A stretch of 64,000 bases of DNA, from assembly GCA_965213685.1 (NCBI GenBank), contig CBDBZY010000064.1:224001-288000 (forward strand), given 5' to 3'. The stretch comes from a bacterium. GTDB taxonomy: Bacteria; UBA8248. The translations under genes were made by a program, and so were the position numbers. The notes beneath the pieces are model-generated. The model saw only the letters and a program-made list of their open reading frames with translations, searched no databases and was not told the DNA's origin. Shown piece by piece: positions 47,781-64,000 of this stretch. Each line of letters begins with the position of its first letter. Position 1 is the stretch's first letter.

Positions 47781-47993
47781 GTACTAGTACCTAAGGCAGC
47801 GCAAGAAGATGCCATTACCCAGTTTCTACTTGGCAGAGATGTGTTTGTGGCCCTACCTACGAGCTACGGGAAGAGTCTTTGCTATTTCACTCTGCCGTTG
47901 ATATTTGACCGTTTGAGGACAGTCACCAACCAGTCATTTGTGTTGGATGTCAGCCCCCTAGTAGCACTAATGAAGGACTAGGTGGCTCACTAG
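47781..47993 (+). pseudogene. RecQ-type SF2 helicase N-terminal fragment (left arm)
   Basis: PKAAQEDAITQFLLGRDVFVALPTSYGKSLCYFTLP...VSPLVALMKD*V corresponds to motifs 0, I and Ia; in-frame stop at 47979-47981. Confidence 0.85.
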
Positions 47994-48219
47994 TTTAGCT
48001 GACATAGACCTTCCTTCCACATCTTCCTCACCTGCTCTTCACACTTCCTTCCACATTTCCTTCACCTGCTCTATTGTATGCTCGGTTCAATACCAAAGTA
48101 TAAAAAAGAAGGAAAACAAAATAAGCACTGTGATACCTATATTAGAAGGAATACAGAAAGTAAAATATGATGGCAAAGCAACATGGAGGACGAATTAAGT
48201 GATGTCAGACTTGGCTACT

Positions 48220-48935
48220 ACAAGTGGATTGGCTTGCGTTTCTGCATCACCCACAGTAGACCGAGTGCCTCAGATGCACAGTATGGAAGATCTCAGGAGA
48301 GCAAGAAATAGCTTGCCTTTCATCCATCCCAAGGTGCTGCCGTAGGACTGGTCCTATTTCTCAGCTAACATTGATGCAAGCTTCTTGTAGCTGACTCTTG
48401 CAGCATTGCCCACTTCTCCAGACTGGGACACCACAAGAGGTGTGAATGAGCCTTGCTCTACTTTCCGAACATGTTCGTTCCTTTTCCATGCTGAGCAAAG
48501 AGCTGGAGGGCAGCGTTTGTCTGGCCCTGGAACCAGTGTCAGTCTCTGAGTAGGCGGCCAAGGCCTCATCTATCATCTTCATCAATGTACCCAAGTCATG
48601 GTCCCCCCAAACTAAGGAAGGGTTGGGCAATGGGTAGGCCTATGGAGGCGGAAGGTCAGAGAGTAGAGATGATTGTGGTTGCATAACATGGTGGGCAGAA
48701 ATTGGGGTTGGGCTAGTGGAGAATCCTTTATTCCTGGAGTCGATGATCCCGACAACTGCATCAGTGTTTGTGGCTGATACCAGCGTGTCTGAACGGAGGA
48801 AGGGAGTGAGACATCAGCTATGCTGGCTGTGGTGGCCGGTGACTGCGAAGCTGATGATAGCTGCGTGTTTATACAGTTTCTGCACTTTCCACCTCCGTTG
48901 CACTGGCAATACAGAGTCATCCTCGAACGTACCAA
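48220..48935 (-). mobile_element. Internally deleted CRE-like (RLE) retrotransposon fragment (left arm)
   Basis: N-terminal CQCNGGGKCRNC and C-terminal VRKVEQGSFTPLVVSQSG.VG.AA..SYKKLASMLAEK...LLRSSILCI. Confidence 0.7.
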
Positions 48936-49081
48936 CGCCCCTATGACACTGCAAGTAGCTGAATAAAACTCGTTACGCTCTAGTTCTTGGGAGCCACGCC
49001 TACTCGCAAGGCTAAGGACACGCTCCCGCCTACGACATCGCGTATTGCGGTCAGCTTGTTACGGTCCTCGGGATTACGTCA

Positions 49082-49261
<180 letters not shown>

Positions 49262-49661
49262 CTATTAGTAGGTGCGTATGGTACAGGATTCACACACAAG
49301 CCCTAACTCGGTAGCTGGCCCCATTCTCTTCGAAGGCTTTTGTTCTTATACTCCACAGTGACCTGTACAAAAGACTCTAGTTCTGATAACCAAATCAGTT
49401 CCCAGTGTCCTTGTGTGCTTAGCAACGGCAGCATACTGGCTCAATCTGAAACAGATGCTACAAGTAGCCCACAACCTTGTATTGTGACTGGTGACAATGT
49501 TGTTTCCCCTCTACAATTGAGCATTGTTCCTTAGTATCTCAGATGTCTGATGCTAGTCATGATAATATGAATGGCAACAATGAAACGCACATCAGCATTG
49601 ATATTGACTCTGACCGTACTGCTCATCCATTTTTGGACAACTGAATACACCCTCTCCCTCT

Positions 49662-50120
49662 TTGAGAATTCTATATGCTAATGCTAGAAATATATTGCCA
49701 AACATTGACGAATTAAGAACTGTTGTTTGCTGTGATCTCCCTGATATGGTTTGTGTTGTGGAGACTTGGCTCTCTGAGGAGATAGCAAATGAAGTATCGA
49801 TTGAGGGTTATGACTGCTTTAGACATGATCGAAATAGACAAGGTGGAGGCGTGTGTATTTACACAAGTCAATTCTTAGGTGGAGCACAGCATCTACAACT
49901 ACAAATGCATATAAATTTGGAATTTGTTATTTGTAAGTGTTGATAAGGGTGCAGTACTCACCACAATTGGATGTTTCTATCGCCCACATGCTTCAATCAG
50001 TGATGATCTACAGGATTAAATATTCTCATTGCAGCCGGCACTACTCAATAATTTTGTACTCATTGGAGATTTTAACATTAATTTTGCAACTGGAAGTTCG
50101 AAAAATTAACAAATTTTATG
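49662..50120 (+). pseudogene. LINE apurinic endonuclease (APE) fragment in the cargo region
   Basis: ILYANARNI..NIDEL...VCVVETWL...GYDCFRHDRNRQGGGVCIY; downstream frameshifted FYRP and GDFN. Confidence 0.85.
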
Positions 50121-50434
50121 AAAACATTAGACCCAGTAAACTCTCTCTTAACGGACACTCCGAATAGCGGACTTCTACCAAATAACGGACGAGCCTTCTA
50201 TCCCGGTGAAATTCACTATAGACAGATATATTAAAAGGGGTCTGCTACTTTCACGCAATCCGATGTCCCCTATCACGTGCATAGCCAATGACGTAATCCC
50301 GAGGACCGTAACAAGCTGACCGCAATACGCGATGTCGTAGGCGGGAGCGTGTCCTTAGCCTTGCGAGTAGGCGTGGCTCCCAAGAACTAGAGCGTAACGA
50401 GTTTTATTCAGCTACTTGCAGTGTCATAGGGGCG

Positions 50435-51150
50435 TTGGTACGTTCGAGGATGACTCTGTATTGCCAGTGCAACGGAGGTGGAAAGTGCAGAAACTGTATA
50501 AACACGCAGCTATCATCAGCTTCGCAGTCACCGGCCACCACAGCCAGCATAGCTGATGTCTCACTCCCTTCCTCCGTTCAGACACGCTGGTATCAGCCAC
50601 AAACACTGATGCAGTTGTCGGGATCATCGACTCCAGGAATAAAGGATTCTCCACTAGCCCAACCCCAATTTCTGCCCACCATGTTATGCAACCACAATCA
50701 TCTCTACTCTCTGACCTTCCGCCTCCATAGGCCTACCCATTGCCCAACCCTTCCTTAGTTTGGGGGGACCATGACTTGGGTACATTGATGAAGATGATAG
50801 ATGAGGCCTTGGCCGCCTACTCAGAGACTGACACTGGTTCCAGGGCCAGACAAACGCTGCCCTCCAGCTCTTTGCTCAGCATGGAAAAGGAACGAACATG
50901 TTCGGAAAGTAGAGCAAGGCTCATTCACACCTCTTGTGGTGTCCCAGTCTGGAGAAGTGGGCAATGCTGCAAGAGTCAGCTACAAGAAGCTTGCATCAAT
51001 GTTAGCTGAGAAATAGGACCAGTCCTACGGCAGCACCTTGGGATGGATGAAAGGCAAGCTATTTCTTGCTCTCCTGAGATCTTCCATACTGTGCATCTGA
51101 GGCACTCGGTCTACTGTGGGTGATGCAGAAACGCAAGCCAATCCACTTGT
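50435..51150 (+). mobile_element. Internally deleted CRE-like retrotransposon fragment (right arm)
   Basis: Mirror image of 48220-48935. Confidence 0.7.
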
Positions 51151-51376
51151 AGTAGCCAAGTCTGACATCACTTAATTCGTCCTCCATGTTGCTTTGCCAT
51201 CATATTTTACTTTCTGTATTCCTTCTAATATAGGTATCACAGTGCTTATTTTGTTTTCCTTCTTTTTTATACTTTGGTATTGAACCGAGCATACAATAGA
51301 GCAGGTGAAGGAAATGTGGAAGGAAGTGTGAAGAGCAGGTGAGGAAGATGTGGAAGGAAGGTCTATGTCAGCTAAA

Positions 51377-51589
51377 CTAGTGAGCCACCTAGTCCTTCAT
51401 TAGTGCTACTAGGGGGCTGACATCCAACACAAATGACTGGTTGGTGACTGTCCTCAAACGGTCAAATATCAACGGCAGAGTGAAATAGCAAAGACTCTTC
51501 CCGTAGCTCGTAGGTAGGGCCACAAACACATCTCTGCCAAGTAGAAACTGGGTAATGGCATCTTCTTGCGCTGCCTTAGGTACTAGTAC
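51377..51589 (-). pseudogene. RecQ-type helicase fragment (right arm)
   Basis: Mirror image of 47781-47993. Confidence 0.85.
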
Positions 51590-51840
51590 CTAGAACACTA
51601 GCTGATTGGTTTGCAGCTATTCCTGCAAAGGGAACAACTCGCGTATAGGCCAGACACCAGGCCCTCTCCGCGTGCGAGAAGGCGTGGCTCCGAGGCCTGC
51701 GCCAGCCGGAGCTCGGAGCGCGGCGCTGAGCGTGAGCGCTGTGCGCTACTCGACCACGCCTACTAGCTTATCACATGAGGGGACATGGGATGATGTGAAA
51801 GTAACAGCCCCCTTATACATTCCCGTATATACCTTCACAT

Positions 51841-51979
51841 AATAGTTAGACGCTGAGTCCAGGGTTCGACGGTATTTAGAAACCCGAGGGCCCTGGACTG
51901 TAGCGTCCCGAGCGCAGTGAGGATGCTACTAAGAGCCCGAGGGTTTCTAAATACCGTAGATCGAGGCGTCTAACTATTT
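51841..51979. repeat. Palindromic repeat (possibly Crypton-like non-autonomous element)
   Basis: AATAGTTAGACGC...ACGGTATTTAGAAACCC...GGGTTTCTAAATACCGT...GCGTCTAACTATT. Confidence 0.7.
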
Positions 51980-52329
51980 TAGAGCACGGCCACAGCGTCT
52001 GCGCGTTACTGCTGGCACGGGTCTAGCGAACGCGCGTGGAGTGCAGACGTTCTTACGTAATATTGCATGCTGTAAAGGGGTGGAGTTAATGAACAGGTTC
52101 GGCACGAAAAATAGATACCACGCCCGTCGCGTGATTTGCTCGAGGCACGAAAAATAGCTCACGGACCAATCAGATCACCGAATTCGGAGTAGCCGTGTTC
52201 TAATGCATGGTATAACCTATATTTATCCCATATATGGTGTAGAGTATACAAACGTGGCAAAGACAAAATGGCCACAAGTTGTCCGAGCAGAGGGAAGTTG
52301 CCGTACTTATCTTTTATAGACATGACACA

Positions 52330-52800
52330 GCCAGGGTGGCTATATGTCTTATTTGACTAATAACAAAGACTGGTATGCAAAATTAGCTAAACAATTAACC
52401 ACATAAGGGTCATGAGTCTGCATGAGTAAGATAAATTTCTGTATACGGCTCAGGGATTCAAAGTGCGGGTATAGACTCTCCCTACCAGGTTGAAAAACTC
52501 CCTCCTTATATGTGCATTGCGGGTACATGTGCATAGCAGGTGAACTTCATCTTCTATTAAATTACAGGCAAAGCAGTCTTTGTTCCACATGAAGTGATGA
52601 CGGCTTATGGTACTGACCAGTTTCAATAGCTAAGTGATGGCAGCTTACTCGTAGTTTTGTTAAGGCTTTTCGATCGTTTGCTGAAGTAACACATGTAAGA
52701 CAGTACTCTAGCTGAAACACTTTTTTGAATAGTCGGTATGTTCGTAGCTTATTACTCATATTCTATTTCCTTCCCCCAGGTCTACTTAGTTGGACATACG
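52330..52800 (-). mobile_element. LINE ORF2 C-terminal fragment
   Basis: NKLRTYRLFK...LE...RKALTKLRVSCHHLAIETG...EQRL followed by a degenerate zinc-knuckle-like region. Confidence 0.75.
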
Positions 52801-53105
52801 AGTCCTGAACATGCAAACTGATCACTCAGTTGTGTCATCATCAACACATTATTAATCAAGCTAGGGAGCCCGGTTATGTTAGTCTGTGGCCATGTAGGTA
52901 CGTGCGGAATCACGGCGCCCAGCTCCATCGGAACTTACGTAATACGGGTAGCTATTTGAAATAGTGGCCAATGTCCAGCTGCGTCCCGTTACTTGTCATG
53001 CATAGTCTGTGGAGCATGCATCTTGAGTGCACACGAAGCTGAGGAGCGCCAGGCTAAGAGCACTGAGGAGTAGCCAGCACCTATCCTCCATTTTGCATTT
53101 CTTGA

Positions 53106-53650
53106 TTAACCCTCGGCGCGCATGCGCAGCGAGGGTTACTGTACTTGCTTTGTCTGTCTGTGTGTGTGTGTGTTCGCTCTACCACTACCGCAGCAACCCC
53201 TCATCTCTACGCCCTCAAGTACGTACAGGTTTATTATAGGTTTTACGTACAGGTTTATTATAGGCTTTTGTTGGATTTCAATTCGTGGATTTTCGAATAA
53301 AACTTCCGTTCAAGAGTTATGGCGTTATTTGCTTACCACGATTACTGCCGCGCGATCCATGGCTCTTTTTTCGACTGGATAAGCTTTTCTAGTTGCTGCG
53401 AGGCCAGCTGTACACTAAACCTACGTAGAATACTTGTCAGCGTTGCCAAGTAGTGGCCAAAAAGTTCTACTCCGCAGTTCACCTTCCGTATTTGCTCGGA
53501 ATACCTCTGTATTACACGTGGTTGTTGTAGTTTTCCCTATACGTCCTCCGGTGCGTGCACGCGCGTAGCATACGTAATGTGATAGTGTGTGTACATGTAC
53601 ATAATCTGCCAGCTACCGCATAGCGCTAACAGCGCGCATGCGCTCGCAGT
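53106..53650 (+). mobile_element. HINE family 3 element
   Basis: TTAACCCTCGGCGCGCATGCGCAGCGAGGGTTA 5' hairpin, short (TG)n, and a 3' GCGCGCATGCGC motif. Confidence 0.65.
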
Positions 53651-53931
53651 ACAGCTTGGCACACCTCTTTACATTTATCAGCTGCTGATGTGGTACAGAC
53701 TAGAGCTAAACAGTGGGGTGTGCTGTACACTGATGATGAAGTTTGTGCATTATTTGAGGACAAGTCCAACTGGCCAAGAAGCAACCCTGTTACTGCAGGC
53801 TAGACATAGAATCTGATTATAGTACTTTTCTTTGAAATCTAGTACCAAGCCATTCGTTGAAATTGGTATAAGAATAGAATTCGAAGCCTGAGGTTCCCCA
53901 CATGTACACTGTGTCCTATGGGTGAAAGATG

Positions 53932-54259
53932 CACTGGCGTAAGAAGCAGGGGAGCTGGGGGGGCTGTAGCCCCCCCCCCCCCCCCCCCCCTCCATGTTCA
54001 TGGAAAGGGTCACACCCCCAGCTATTGTACTAGTAATAGATACTGTGACACTGCTTTAGCTGAAAATTTTAGTAGCTGAAGTTGTCTACTTTGCTCTAAT
54101 AGTATGAGTCCATGTTATGATATTTGTCTCAGAATGCACCAGAATTGATTTCAAGGTGCACACGTATAAAAAATTTCCCAGGGAAGTATGCCCCCAGACC
54201 CTCCTGGGTAGGTTGAATCGCCCACAAAGTCAGCCCCCCCCCATCCTCTTACACCCCTG
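53932..54259. mobile_element. ~300-bp MITE with 5-bp TSD, copy 3
   Basis: CACTGGCGTAAGAAG ... CTCTTACACCCCTG; TSD AGATG. Confidence 0.82.
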
Positions 54260-55322
54260 AGATGCTCCACAGTTTGGAGTTGATAACGATGTAGTGTGAC
54301 TTCATTGACAAATTAATATGTGTCATGTGAGATTCCAAAGAATGAAAGCAAGTTGAAGGGAATAGTTTAACAGCACAAGCACTCCTCATATAATTGGTTT
54401 CCCTAACCACCTAGCAGTAGAACATTGATAACAACAGATGAAGTTGAAAGTGATCTTCTGCAATACAATGTCAGGAATTATGCATGAATGCGTATTCATC
54501 ACAAAGAGGGTTTTCCACTATTGTGTACTAATTACTATGTGTAGCCTGCTTACCTCATGAGTACAACAGTCATCAATAGAATTGCGCGTGTAGGAGGAGA
54601 AGGCCTAGCTTGGGTACGTGGCTATAGTATGTGCACACGCGTATGTACACAGACCCTAGACAAGGCAGGACACTAGACTATAGCCCACTTGAGTGGACTT
54701 AATGCTTGCATCATCTGTGCAGGCTGTTGTAGCATGCAATGCAACTCTGCCGAGGGTTTGCACTTTAGTGCTTTTCATTTCACACAGTAGATGCCGTGGC
54801 TTAATTGTTCACTGCACCCCGAGCAAATTCACAGTCGTCTGTTTCCTATCACATGACTGTCATGACTTCACTAGGGGCGGGGCTCTGTGTACAAGTAGTA
54901 GTGTACTAAGACGTAGGGCTATGCACCTCCTAGTAGCTTATAAGTTACAGTGTCATTTGATTGAAGTTAATAATAGTGGGTGTATGTACAATATAAACAT
55001 GCAAAAAGCCATATGACTTAGTACAAAAAGAGCATAGTTTCCCACTCCATACCAGGCATAAAGGGTGTAGAGCCATATGCATATGATGCACTGGCGCATG
55101 CATGACTGCATGTACATGTCTCAGTTATTATACATACTTGTCATGCAGCTACAGTATGTGGGAATATGATCACATACAATCATGCATGTATATACCAAAA
55201 AGTAAGTATGCATCTTGGTCGATTAGGTAGAAAAAAATGGTGTGTAGCTATTAAATGGATGATTACAATCTTCCAGGTAGTCATACTGTAATGATCAGAG
55301 TTCTTAATAGCTCTGTGTTCTC

Positions 55323-63870
<8,548 letters not shown>

Positions 63871-64000
63871 CTATGTAAAAATATACTCTGATGGGCAAGT
63901 ATAAACATGTATACATATACTAAGAATACTGATTCTTTATGACATCGTGTATACTGCATTTTCATTCAAAGGGATCTGTATATACATTGTTGTACTGCTT

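Noticed and set aside
47781-47993. Host RecQ gene
   Set aside because: Only ~70 codons with an in-frame stop, duplicated inside transposon arms.

Overview
Eukaryotic (animal) genomic DNA, most likely a demosponge. That assignment is inferred from the GT-AG introns, the TGTACA/(CA)n microsatellites and the gene and repeat types. Host genes: (1) an intronless, membrane-anchored, bacterial-looking arylsulfatase (921-2621) with an inverted pseudogene copy; (2) an intronless Cys-rich multi-pass membrane protein (11958-13694); (3) a minus-strand tandem cluster of 7-exon cation-dependent mannose-6-phosphate-receptor/ATG27-like genes, comprising three complete genes, one running off the window end and two relics. 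The rest is a dense, nested transposon landscape: Helentron-type HINEs, Kolobok-, Academ-, hAT5- and pogo-like MITEs, and CR1/L2 and CRE-like LINEs. Most notable: (a) a 4.25-kb composite (Tn10-like) transposon made of two inverted copies of a 1.58-kb RecQ-fragment-bearing element, with a 10-bp target duplication only at the outer ends; (b) two M6PR-like paralogs whose cytoplasmic tail was rewritten by an 11-nt frameshift yet acquires a new C-terminal YxxL motif; (c) an apparently chimeric M6PR-like gene; (d) a SAND domain fused to a LINE ORF1-like domain. All alignments and exon boundaries were made by eye and no database searches were run.
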